This document shows positions 13,791 through 25,442 of a stretch of DNA of 64,000 nt, piece after piece (position 1 is the stretch's first letter; the number at the start of each line of letters is the position of its first letter). The stretch is from Isurus oxyrinchus. Taxonomy: Eukaryota. The notes below the pieces were generated by a model that did no database searches, had not been told where the DNA came from, and saw only the letters and a program-made list of their open reading frames with translations. The DNA is taken from assembly GCA_026770705.1 (NCBI GenBank), contig JANJGN010000010.1, positions 67,208,001-67,272,000 of the forward strand. Direction: 5' to 3'. The translations under genes were made by a program, and so were the position numbers.

Positions 13791-14341
13791 CTCATGAATT
13801 TGTTAGCACAGTTGTTATGTTACTGGACTAGAAATCCAGAAGTCTGGATTAATGATAGGAGGATTGAGTTCAAGTCCCACGATGACAGCTATAGAAATTA
13901 AATTCACAAAAGCTAGTATCAACAAATGTGACATGAAACTACCAGATTGTTGTTAAAACCCCATTCTAATCCTCTGAATCCATCCTGGTTTATATGTAAC
14001 TCCAGATTCAGAGCAATGGCTTTTAACTACCCTTCTGCTCTAGCTAGACATCCAGTTGTATCAAGTAGCTATGATAAAGGGTTTAATAAGAATGAAACTG
14101 GACGGACACACAGCATCACCCTAGACACTGGAAATATCAAGAGGACACCCAGCCCAGTCAACCCTACATTATCCTCTTCACTTATATCTGGAGATTTTTA
14201 CCAAAATCGAAGAGCTGTTCCACAGACTAGTCAACCAACAGCCTGGAAGAAGCACTTATTTATTGCCCATCCCTAATTGCCCTTGAGAATTGAGTGGCTT
14301 GCTGGGCCATCTCAGAGGCCTTTAAGAGTCAATCAACTCAA

Positions 14342-14448
14342 GGACTCGAAGTTCTGTCGAAGGGTCATGAGGACTCGAAACGTCAACTCTTTTCTTCTCC
14401 GCCGATGCTGCCAGACCTGCTGAGTTTTTCCAGGTAATTCTGTTTTTG
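14342..14448 (+). mobile_element. Short PLE 3'-end fragment with hammerhead motif (14350-14388)
   Basis: Essentially identical to 28581-28680 from the hammerhead onward. Confidence 0.9.
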
Positions 14449-14989
14449 ATCTGCTCACCATTGCTCAGTTTGTATTCTGCCAAGATAATCAGCTCCAGAA
14501 ATCATTACAGCCTTGGTCCAAACATGGACATAAGAGCTAAGTTCCACAGGTGAGGTGAGAGTGACTGCCCTTGACATCAAGGCAGAATTTGGCCAAGTGT
14601 GGCATCAAGGGGCCCTTGTAAAATTTGAATCAATCGGAATTCTGAGAAAGCTCTCCACTGTTGGAACCATACCTAGTGGATGAATCCTTTGAAATCAGCA
14701 GGGCTACCTCGGGTTGAACTCTCAAGAGTGGACAAGCGAGCATTTTCTGTAAAATGCATGAAATATAAATGGATAAAACTGCTAACTGAACAATTCTAAT
14801 GGGACAGATTTTGCATTCAATTGAAGAACCAAGTTCAGGAAAAGGTGTTCATGATCAAATTATTCTTAAAATTAGGTGGTGGATATTAAAATTTAAGGAA
14901 TTTCATATTTTTTACTGAATCTGAAAATTAACATGTAATGAGTTGGTATTAAGTCACAAATGACATCCCATGTGACTGTGACAAAGGTA

Positions 14990-16710
14990 AACATTCCCTC
15001 CTCCACCTTCTCTCAACCTGCCTTTGCCACTGTTGACAGTGTCATTCTCCTCCAACATCTCTCTACTGTCATCCAACTGGGTGGAACTGTTTTCATTTGC
15101 TTCCATTTTTACCCACCTAATCAGAGCCAGAAAATCACTTGCAATGGCTTCTCTTCCTGCTCCTATACAGTTACTGTTGGTGTTCCCCAAAGATCTATCC
15201 TTCACTGTCTCATATTTCTCATCTACAAGCTGCTCCTTGGTGACATCATCTGAAAGTACACTGTTAGTTTTCACATGTACACTGATGACATCCAGCTCAG
15301 ATGGATTTGGCATAAATGGGCATGGAGAGTGGGTGGGGCATGAGTGGGTGAGATAGGTAAGGGCTAGAGGGTGTAATGTTTAAGAAGAGAACTGGAATGA
15401 AGTTCCAGAGAACCAAGGTGGGCCATTTAAATAGCCTGCCTTGGCACTTGACAGCCCCTGTGACCACCTACAATCTGCATCTGGGGGCAGCAGTCCAGAC
15501 TCCATCCCGCAACCCAAACGAAGATCCCACCTTTTGTGTCGCTTTTCCTGAGGTGGGTTTCCCAGCTATCTGCATCCACCTCGGGAATGAAAATCCAGAC
15601 CTTGATCATGAAATATATTCGTGGCTAAGTTAGACAGATTTTTTCTCTACTAGGGAGTCAAGGGTTAATGGGGGGCCCAGCTGGAAAGTAGACTTAAAGA
15701 CCATAATCAGATCAGCTATGATCTTATTAAATGCAGAGCAGACTTGAGGGGCCGAATGACCTACTCCTCCTACTTCTTATGATCTAATGAATTTACCTCA
15801 TCACCACCTCTCTTGACTCCTCCACTGTTCCTAAATTATCAGATTGCTTATCCAATGTCCAGTACTAGTTGAGCAGAAATTTCCTCCAGTCAACTATTGG
15901 GAGGACTGAGCTATTGTTTTTGGTTCCTGCTCCAAAATCTATTCCCTAGCTACTGAACCCATTCCTCTCCATGGCAACAGTCTAAGATTAAGCCAGTCTG
16001 TTTGCAACTTTAGTGACACATTTGACCCCGTGATGAGCTTTCTAACTCATATCCGTACCAGCACTAAGAACGCCTATTTTCACCTCTGTAACATCGACCT
16101 ATTTTGCCTCTGTCTTAGCTCATTTATGTCTTCAATACCTCTGGATCTGATTATTCCAATGCACTCCTGACTGATCTCCCACATTCTCCCCCTCATAAAC
16201 ATGTGTCATTCATAAACGTGCATCTTGCTTTTGTCTTAACTCGCACCAACTCTTGTTCACCTTTCGCCCTCATGCTCGCTGACTGACATTGGCACTTGAT
16301 CAAGCAATGTCTTGATTTTAAAATTCACATCCTTGTTTTCAAATCCCTCCATGGCCTTGGCCCTCCCTTCCTCTATAATCCCCTCCAGCTCCACAACCCT
16401 TACAGATACTAGCACTCCTCTAATTCTGGCCTCTTGAGTATACGTGATTTTAATCACCCCACCTTCAATGGTCATGCCTTCAATTACCAGACCCTAATCT
16501 CTACAATACCTTCCTACACCTTTCAGCTTCTCTACCTCGCTTTCCTCCTTTAAGACACTCCTTAAAACCTACCACTTTGACAATGCTTTTTGACATCTGA
16601 CCTAATATCTTCTTGTCACTCTGTGTCATATTTTGTTTTTTAATGCTCCTGTGAAGTGGCTTGGGATGTTTTAGTACATCAAAGGTGCTAAATAAATATA
16701 AGTTGTTATT
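14990..16710 (+). mobile_element. L2-clade LINE 3' portion, interrupted by MITE and CR1 pieces at ~15290-15790
   Basis: VTVGVPQRSIL RT remnant and an L2-type end ctgtgaagtggcttgggatgttttagtacatcaaaggtgctaaataaatataagttgtt. Confidence 0.7.
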
Positions 16711-16846
16711 AATTTTATTTCAATTGGAGAGTCATTCCACTCCACTGAGTGTGAATGAGTTTATAATTACCTGTTTTGCTGTAGTCTGATATTGTGTTAG
16801 TGGATTGGAGCACTCCATCTATAATGAGATAATCTTTCTGTTGTAG

Positions 16847-16950
16847 CTGTACAGTATTTCCTTGATGGCAGCAGCACCAAGTCTGAAAGATAACAACAAT
16901 CCCTCTTCCTGGGCAGCGGCTTTGAATTCTGGAATTAAAGCATTGAAGAG
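16847..16950 (+). CDS. TKFC: TKFC exon: LYSISLMAAAPSLKDNNNPSSWAAALNSGIKALK(R)
   Basis: ttgtag| acceptor and |gtctgt donor. Aligns by eye to the vertebrate LYGLFLTAAA...WSAAMDAGLEAM segment. Phase 0 in, phase 2 out. Confidence 0.92.
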
Positions 16951-18829
16951 GTCTGTATGCCGTGAGATAGGTGGCTTAGTACGAAGAATTACTAAGAAAA
17001 TAATTTATGTGGCACGAATAGTCAATATGAAGCAGCAACTAGTTACTGGAGACATACTGGAGAAAGGTCACATGGTTCCCATTTCAGAAAGGATGGCATC
17101 ACCGATGTAGACAACTGCAGCCCATGGCCTTATTTCAGTATCATGTAAAATACTCAAATCACCTGTACACCTGTGAGTTATCTATAGAATAATAATCTGG
17201 TAAACTAACAGTTAGTAAGGATGTGGAAGAGGAAGTACCTGTAATACCAACCTCCTTGACCTTTTCATCGAACTCAAAAACCAACTGAACTGGAAAATTC
17301 ACAATTCTGTGTACTTAGACTTCCTAAAGGCATTTGCTGGAAGTTCTGCACAAAAATTGTTAGCTCAGCTCAAAGCTGTGGGAATTCAGATTAAATCTTG
17401 GAAGTATGTTTAAAAATAAACTGTCTGAAGAATAGAAATCAATGGGTGCTTTTTAGTGAAATTATATCAGAATGGTGGCCGAGAGAGAGTGTACCGAATG
17501 TGTGACCCAGGTTAGCTGGTTGGACCAGTACTATCTTTATTTTAATCATGACTTGGATTCAGAAACTCATTGCAAATTAGTCAAATTTATCACAGGGTTT
17601 ATGGTTACTATTCACCAGCACAGCTACTCACACTTTGGTGGGTCCAGTTATACATTTAGTTGATATTTTATCTGATGGCTCGCAGTTTACAAGTCAGCAA
17701 GACGAGGGTGGCAGGGACAGTTGTGGAGAGTCTGCATCGCAGGGTGCAATCCTTTTCAAGCTAGATCCAGCTGGACACAGATGCTGTCAAGAATAATCAT
17801 TAACAGGCAGCAGAAAATCCGTTGATATATGGATAAGCCTTCTACGTGCAGTGTGCATGATTACAGAGAGAATGGAAGAGTTCAGCTCAAGCATTAGCAT
17901 TATAAGGAAATCTATCGCCATGGATAGAGCAACCAATTTCATATAACATCAATGGCGGCAAGAAAATGAGTTCATGCAGGCCCTGACTTTGGCATATGGA
18001 CTCTGGATGCTAACATGTCTGGCACCTTAAGAACAATGACTGACACCTCAGCCTTGTCCTTACAACATATCATTAATCCGCAGCAAGTTACTCTCCAGCA
18101 GTATGGTAGCAGTGAATTGTTAGTGGCCCATGAGAAGGATGATGGTGAAAAGGCGTCATGGAGTTTGGGACTCCACTCAGTGCTCCCACTTTTCATGGCT
18201 GTTTTTCCTCTTCCCTTGTCGGTACCTGACTTGTTGCTCTCTCTTGCATGACCAAGTCTGCCCCACTTCGTTGAAGACAACCTAATTATTGTTGACTCAA
18301 AGCATTTTAGCAGTCAGAATAGGAATCTGAGCAACCTGCCATAACCTCTGCTGAAGCCACAGGTGTGGCAGCACTTAGGACTGGTAGGAAATGGAAGAGT
18401 AAAGCTTTGCATTTGCACAAGGATATGCAATATGGGTATGTGAGAAATTGTTATGTTGTTTTGTTTCCGTTCCTTAGTAGAATCTCAAAATGTATTAACC
18501 TTGTGTTACTTTTCAATGTTTCCTGCTCTTGGTTCTTGGGTGACAATTTACCTTTTTCAGTTTCTGATTGATGATTTAGAAACATGAATTAACAGAGACC
18601 AATGGACAATGTGCAGTGGAGGTTGGTTGCTTGCAGGATTGCTTTGTGCCAGTCAGACATATGTTGATGGAGGTTGGGGGTGTAACTGAGAGTTGCTATT
18701 GGATGTGGCTCTTGCATTGTTTCAGTGGTAGCAACAACTGAAGCTTAGAATTGTAGGAGAATCTCTGGTATTCTGATCAGCAGTGTGAGTGGCTGGTGAT
18801 GCATTGGGGTCACCATTTTCCTCAGATTT

Positions 18830-19200
18830 GTGTGCTTAGCGTCTTTTTACTCCTTGGCGGGCATGCTCGGCAGGGATGGTCGGGAAGCTGACCACCACCC
18901 GTGATCGGCTCCTCATCGCGTGGATTGCGAGCGGTAGTGCTGAGCGCTGCCTGTGCAAAGGGGAGGAGGATGGAGAGCCAGGCTTAGCGTGCAATTTGCA
19001 TATGTGTGAGAAAGAGCGCTTCAATCTCCCTAAGGCATGGAGCTGCCTCAGGGAGATTGAAGCGCTGTGTATAAATAGAATGAAGAGAATAAAAATTTAA
19101 TAAAATATGTCCTCTAATGTGACTCTGTCACATGAGCTGGGATATATTTTTAATTCAAAAAAAAGTTTTTATTTAACGTTTATTTGCTTTAGGAAACCTC
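18830..19200. mobile_element. Harbinger MITE left part
   Basis: Homologous to 30-420 and 47334-47740. Confidence 0.65.
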
Positions 19201-19833
19201 GTAAAAGAGAATTCGGGCCTCAAGGATAGCTAGTTATCATTTCTACCTGGATACAAGGTCTGTGTGATTCATGTTGCCATGGCGATAGGCTTTGAGAGGA
19301 GAAAGGTTTCCAAGGTTCCCTGAAACTCTCAAACAAGTAAGCCTGCCAGAATCTGGGAGAGGAATGGATATGGAAGCATGCGCTCAGATTGAAAAGACCA
19401 AATTCATGAGAAGTTAAAACGAGGCTGGAAGATTCATCTAATTTGCACAAGGGGAAGAATCACTGGGGGGATAAAAACCTCACTGTGAAAGATAGTTCTG
19501 AGATTAAAATTTCCCAGGCTGATAAAGGAGAAGAATAGAAGCAAACCCTTGGGAGCTAACAAGCAGCTTGAACTGGTACGAGTAAAATTGAATGTCTACT
19601 TAAAGGGCAGTGTAAAGTATATCTTTGAAGAGTGTTTTCAGTTGCACTAAAAGAAAAAGGGGCATGTTCTGTTTTGTGCTTTAAAGTATAAGTTGTCTAC
19701 AAAGAAGTTTAGTCACTGCTTTTAGTTTTGTTGCAGTAGAAGTCTTAAATGTGGAATCTTGTGTCAGCCTCTCAGCTATTAACTGGAAGTTTTAATTTTT
19801 TTTACATTTATCGGTCTCTACGGAGATCATAAC
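19200..19833 (+). mobile_element. LTR fragment or solo LTR
   Basis: Ends in ...gatcataaca (CA terminus) and abuts a CR1 fragment. The left boundary is uncertain. Confidence 0.4.
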
Positions 19834-19834
19834 A

Positions 19835-20480
19835 GTATAACAAGTGATTAGGAAGGCAAATGGAGTGTTGGCCTTTATTGCTAGGGGGATGGAGTATCAA
19901 AGTATGGAAGTCTTGTTACAAATGTACAGGGCATTGGTGTACAGTTTTTGTCTCCTTACTGAATGAGGGATGTACTTGTATTGGAAGCAGTTCAGAGAAA
20001 GTTTACTCGGTTGATTCCTGGAATGAAGGGATTATCTTATGAGGAAAGATTGAGCTGGTTGGGCCTGTACTAATTGGAGCTTAGAAGAATGACGTGATCT
20101 TATTGAAACAAATAAAATTCTGAGGGGTTTGACAGGGTAGTTGCTGAGAGGATATTTCCTCTCAAGGGAGAATCTAGAACCGGGCACACTGTTTAAAAGT
20201 AGAGGGTCACCCATTTAAGACAAAAATAGGAAATTTCTTCTCAGAGGGTCGTTAGTCTTTGGAATTCCCTTCCACAGAGAGCAGTGAAAGCTAGGTCATT
20301 GATATGTTCAAGGCTGAATCAGACAGATTTTTGATCTACAAGGGAGCAAAGGTTATGGGAAACAGGCTGGAAAGTGGAGTTAAGGCCACAGTCAGATCAG
20401 CCATGATCTTATTGAGTGGCAGAGCAGGCTCGATAAGCCGAATTGCCTACTCCTGTTCCTGTTCTTTCTGATCTTATTAA
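19835..20480 (+). mobile_element. CR1 LINE 3' end
   Basis: ggaaggcaaatggagtgttggcctttattgc ... gatcagccatgatcttattgagtggcagagcaggctcg CR1 3' region. Confidence 0.75.
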
Positions 20481-20982
20481 GATTGATGTGCATGGACTGT
20501 TGAAGAAACTTTGTTCTCATGTCACTTTGACTTATTTTTATCCCCCCCCCCCCCCGCCGCTTGTTAGAAGATACTGGCCTGGATCTTCCACTGGATTGCA
20601 CTGTATTTTTGGCACTGTTCCCCTGTTACACCATATCCACTGCAAAAGATTGCTGCATTATAAGTGCAAATTGCACATAGTGCAACTCAGGTTTCCAAGG
20701 CCTTTTGTGCCAGTCATAAAAACATTGCAGTAAAAGAATGCCCCACCCATAAAACAGGCCACACCCCCAAATCAGTTAATCTCCATTAGGCATTTTGCTT
20801 ATAGCGCTCAGTTGTAGGTTTTCAAGGAGTCTGCAAAGATTAAGCTAGGATTCTTGGAAACAAGGACACTAATCATTATGCTTTGAAAAGTTTTGAATGC
20901 TATTTTTATAAAATTTATTAAGGAAATGACTACTGCACCTCTACTGAACTTGAAAATAGATTTTTTTAAGTATTGTTATAAT

Positions 20983-21660
20983 AGGCAGAATTTAGCCCTT
21001 GGCTGGTGCGGGCACCTGAACCCCGCCGCTGAAATGGAGTTCACTGCCATTTTGAGTGGGCAGTAATTAAGGCCCGCCCAGCAGCCTGCCCGACAGAAAG
21101 CGCTATGCCATTCCTGTTCTGCGGGGGAGGGAATCCCCAACTGTCAAAGTGCGCTCTTTCGTGCATGCATGCGAAAGAGCACACTGCTCCCTGAGGCAAA
21201 GTCCTGTCTCAGGGAGTTTAGTGAAAGATAAGTAAAGTCAAAAAATAAAGACATTTTAAAATTATTAACATATCCCCCTCATGTGACAATGTCACACGAG
21301 ATGGGACATGTTGATAACAAACTCAAAATTTATTAAATTTTTACAAAATGGTAATGAAACTTCATCCCGTCAGTGGATGAAGTTTCATTAATAATCTACA
21401 GGCCACTGGGGCTCCTGGCCTGCCAGCCAGCCTTAAGGTTGGCCGGGCAGAGCATTTAACTATCTTAATGAGCCTGTCAATGGCCTTAATTAGCTATTGG
21501 CAGGTCAGCCGGCGGACAGCTGATTTCGCTGTCCGCCCGCCTTCCTTAAGATTTAAATGGCCCGAGATGATATCAGGGATTCCTCCCGACGTCATCCCGC
21601 ATCATTTTCCCCTCGGTGAGCAGGCCCCGCCCCCAAATCGCTGAGGGCAAGATCCTGGCC
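20983..21660. mobile_element. Harbinger-type MITE
   Basis: TIRs aggcagaatttagccct / agggcaagatcctggcc, 3-bp TSD AAT, internal palindromes shared with 30-690. Confidence 0.8.
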
Positions 21661-22248
21661 AATGTATATATTTTTATATTTTAAAATTATCTTGCTCACT
21701 GTGGTGGATTGACATTGTGATTTTAAATGCATATTTTTTGTGATATTGTTCACCCATTTTCAGCTCTACTAATCAAATTTTAACAAGTTGACGCCATTGA
21801 GTATATCGAGGAATATTTAGGAATGCAATTTTTTTTTAAGCTTTAAAACTGACACATGTCAGCTTTTGTTTTTGGTAACATGCAAATGATTTGAATGGAA
21901 ACAGAGGGTTGGAGGGAAAAAAGTGTATCAAAGTGGATGCAGTTTATGGCACAATTTGTGCCAAAATCACCAATTGTGCCCAAGTCAGATACTCTACTCC
22001 AAAGAACAGGATTTTTACTGGTACAATTTGATCTCTAGACAAATGTCATACCGCCATTTTGCTATACAGAGATAGATGACTACCACACCAATAGTCATTA
22101 GGGCTGGACTTTCTAACAGTCGTTGTTGCAGTGAGAAATAGCACAGAGTTTTGCTTGAATTTTTCCATTCTCTTTTTGTTCCAGAGTGCTGATGTGAATT
22201 GTGGTGTTTGCTGACAGTTGTTTAATTAAGTTATTTTTTGTTGCACAG

Positions 22249-22282
22249 ATATGGAGGTGCGGAGCTAGGAGATAGAACCATG
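22249..22282 (+). CDS. TKFC: TKFC 34-nt exon: (R)YGGAELGDRTM
   Basis: ttgcacag| acceptor and |gtgagt donor. The YG-A-xGDRTM motif of DhaL. Phases match neighbours. Confidence 0.93.
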
Positions 22283-23231
22283 GTGAGTCTATATCCTTAC
22301 ACTTGAGCAGCTCCAATTGCAGCTAAGTGGTGAAAGAAATGGGTATAACAGATTCTTAAAGGGTATTTAATCTAGCCTATCACTTTTACATGGTCTTGGA
22401 AGAATGTTATGTGGCATGTGCTACTCACTGTAGTACTGAGTTGTACAGACCAGGAGGGTCCAAAGCTTAGTAACAATTTTGAACCCTGACTTATTCTGAA
22501 TTTGGGAAACCTCAACATAAACTTGTTGGATTCACTCAGTCTAGCTGCCAAGAAAATGCAAGGGTGGTAGGGATATTTGCCCTGTTGGTGTAGCTTTCTT
22601 CCCTTGGTCCATGTTTCTGTCTATTGAATTCTTTTTTTTTTCCAGACAACATTAAGCTTCTCATGCTTCTCCTTGTGCCTGTAACCTCTTCCCTCCGACA
22701 GTTGTTATCAGTTTCTTTAGTGAAGAAATTCAGGCAGAGATGATGTTTATTACAACTGAACCAACAATGAAGATTTACTTATTAAAGGGCCACTATTATA
22801 TGAAAAAAACTATTACTTGGGGAGGGGATTTAATTATGAATCATTTGGATAATTATATCATCATGTGTGGGTGGGAAATGAACAGCTTGATTTTAAAATT
22901 CTCATTCTTGTTTTCAGTTCCCTTCATTGCCTCATCTCTCCCAAAATGTTAACCTCTTTCAACCCTCCAAGAACTGTCTTCCTTCTACTTTGGCCAACTT
23001 GGCCCTCCGACTCCCGTTACCACTCAATTTGCAAATGGTCCATCAGGTGAATAGGCCCTAAGCTCTGGAATTCCTTCCCTAATGTCTCCACCTCTCTTCC
23101 TTTAAGAACTTGCTTAAAACCCATCTGTAATGAAATCACCCATCCTCATTTCTTCTTCTTTAACTATGTGTCATTTTTGTCTGATTATGCTCCTGTGAAA
23201 TGTCTTGTATTTTCTTCTAGGGACTAGACAC

Positions 23232-23507
23232 TGTTGTAAAGTTTTGGGTGTAGTTCAGTAAGTCTTATTAAGGTTTTGGTAGCCTTAAGTAGCTCAACAG
23301 GAAGTATTTATTAACCATTAGAAACTATATAATAGGTACAGTAAAGGTCCAAGCTCGGAGCTGTCTCCATGCTTGCTTCTACATAAGGTTCTGTACAACA
23401 AAACGCTGACCCCTAGGTGTGGGTCATGTGTTCTCATATATCACTGTGTGGGCAGTACTGTACTCAGTCCCACATTAACCCTTTATGTGCAAGACCTTTA
23501 TGCTACA
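23232..23507 (-). mobile_element. Solo LTR
   Basis: TGTTGTA...TGCTACA termini, flanks gacac/ggcac (5-bp TSD, one mismatch), minus-strand AATAAA. Confidence 0.6.
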
Positions 23508-24165
23508 GGCACACGCTAGTGATGTTATGCTCTTAAATGAAAACATCTCCTTTAAATGTGATTGAGATCCAAATTGTAGAGAGCAGTTGCTTCTGGGCTT
23601 CAGGATTGGTTTTCTTTAATGTTTATTTTTCTGGACATATCTCCATGGATGAGGTAGGCTGCATACTAACTTAAAACAAAAACAGAATTACCTGGAAAAA
23701 CTCAGCAGGTCTGGCAGCATCGGCGGAGAAGAAAAGAGTTGACGTTTCGAGTCCTCATGACCCTTCGACAGAACTTGAGTTTGAGTCCAAGAAAAAGTTG
23801 AAATATAAGCTGGTTTAAGGTGTGTGTGTGGTGGGCGGAGAGATAGAGAGAGAGAGAGGTTGGCGGGGGGGTTGGGGGGTGGGGGGTTGGGGGTATGGTT
23901 GTATGGATAAACAAGCAGTGATAGAAGCAGATCATCAAAAGATGTCAACGACAATGGTACAATAGAACACATAGGTGTTAAAGTTAAAGTTGGTGATATT
24001 ATCTAAACGAATGTGCTAATTAAGAATGGATGGTAGGGCACGCAAGGTATAGCTCTAGTGGGGGTGTTTTTTTTTTAGAATGGAAATAGATGGGAAAAGG
24101 AAAATCTTTATAATTTATTGGAAAAAAAAGGAAGGGGGAAACAGAAAGGGGATGGGGGAGGGAGC

Positions 24166-25392
24166 TCACGACCTAAAGTTGTTGAATTCAATATTCAGTC
24201 CGGAAGGCTGTAAGGTGCCTAGTCGGAAGATGAGGTGTTGTTCCTCCAGTTTGCATTGGGCTTCACTGGAACAATGCAGCAAGCCAAGGACAGACATGTG
24301 GGCAAGAGAGCAGGGTGGAGTGTTAAAATGGCAAGCGACAGGGAGGTTTGGGTCATTCTTGCGGACAGACCGCAGGTGTTCTGCAAAGCGGTCGCCCAGT
24401 TTACGTTTGGTCTGTCCAATGTAGAGGAGACCACATTGGGAGCAACGAATGCAGTAGACTAAGTTGGGGGAAATGCAAGTGAAATGCTGCTTCACTTGAA
24501 AGGAGTGTTTGGGCCCTTGGACGGTGAGGAGAGAGGAAGTGAAGGGGCAGGTGTTACATCTTTTGCGTGGGCATGGGGTGGTGCCATAGGAGGGGGTTGA
24601 GGAGTAGGGGGTGATGGAGGAGTGGACCAGGGTGTCCCGGAGGGAGCGATCCCTACTGAATGCCGATAAGGGGGGTGAAGGGAAGATGTGTTTGGTGGTG
24701 GCATCATGCTGGAGTTGGCGGAAATGGCGGAGGATGATCCTTTGAATGCGGAGGCTGGTGGGGTGATAAGTGAGGACAAGGGGGACCCTATCATGTTTCT
24801 GGGAGGGAGGAGAAGGCGTGAGGGCGGATGCGCGGGAGATGGGCCGGACACGGTTGAGTGCCCTGTCAACGACCGTGGGTGGAAAACCTCGGTTAAGGAA
24901 GAAGGAGGACATGTCAGAGGAACCGTTTTTGAAGGTAGCATCATCGGAACAGATGCGACGAAGGCAAAGGAACTGGGAGAATGGGATGGAGTCCTTACAG
25001 GAAGCGGGGTGTGAGGAGCTGTAGTCGAGGTAGCTGTGGGAATCGGTGGGTTTGTAATGGATATTGGTGGACAGTCTATCACCAGAGATTGAGACAGAGA
25101 GGTCAAGGAAGGGAAGGGAAGTGTCAGAGATGGACCACGTGAAAATGATGGAGGGGTGGAGATTGGAAGCAAAATTAATAAATTTTTCCAAGTCCCGACG
25201 AGAGCATGAAGCGGCACCGAAGTAATCATCGATGTACCGGAGAAAAAGTTGTGGAAGGGGGCCGGAGTTGGACTGCAACAAGGAATGTTCCACATACCCC
25301 ATAAAGAGACAGGCATAGCTGGGGCCCATGCGGGTACCCATAGCCACACCTTGTATTTGGAGGAAGTGAGAGGGGTTGAAGGAGAAATTGTT
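24166..25392 (-). pseudogene. 5'-truncated inverted copy of the PLE ORF (RT C-terminal half plus GIY-YIG)
   Basis: The 393-aa ORF is nearly identical to the C-terminus of ORF 26258-28192. Confidence 0.92.
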
Positions 25393-25442
25393 TTTTTTGT
25401 TTTTATCTCTGTGTTTAATTGACTGCCACTGCTCTTCAAGAA

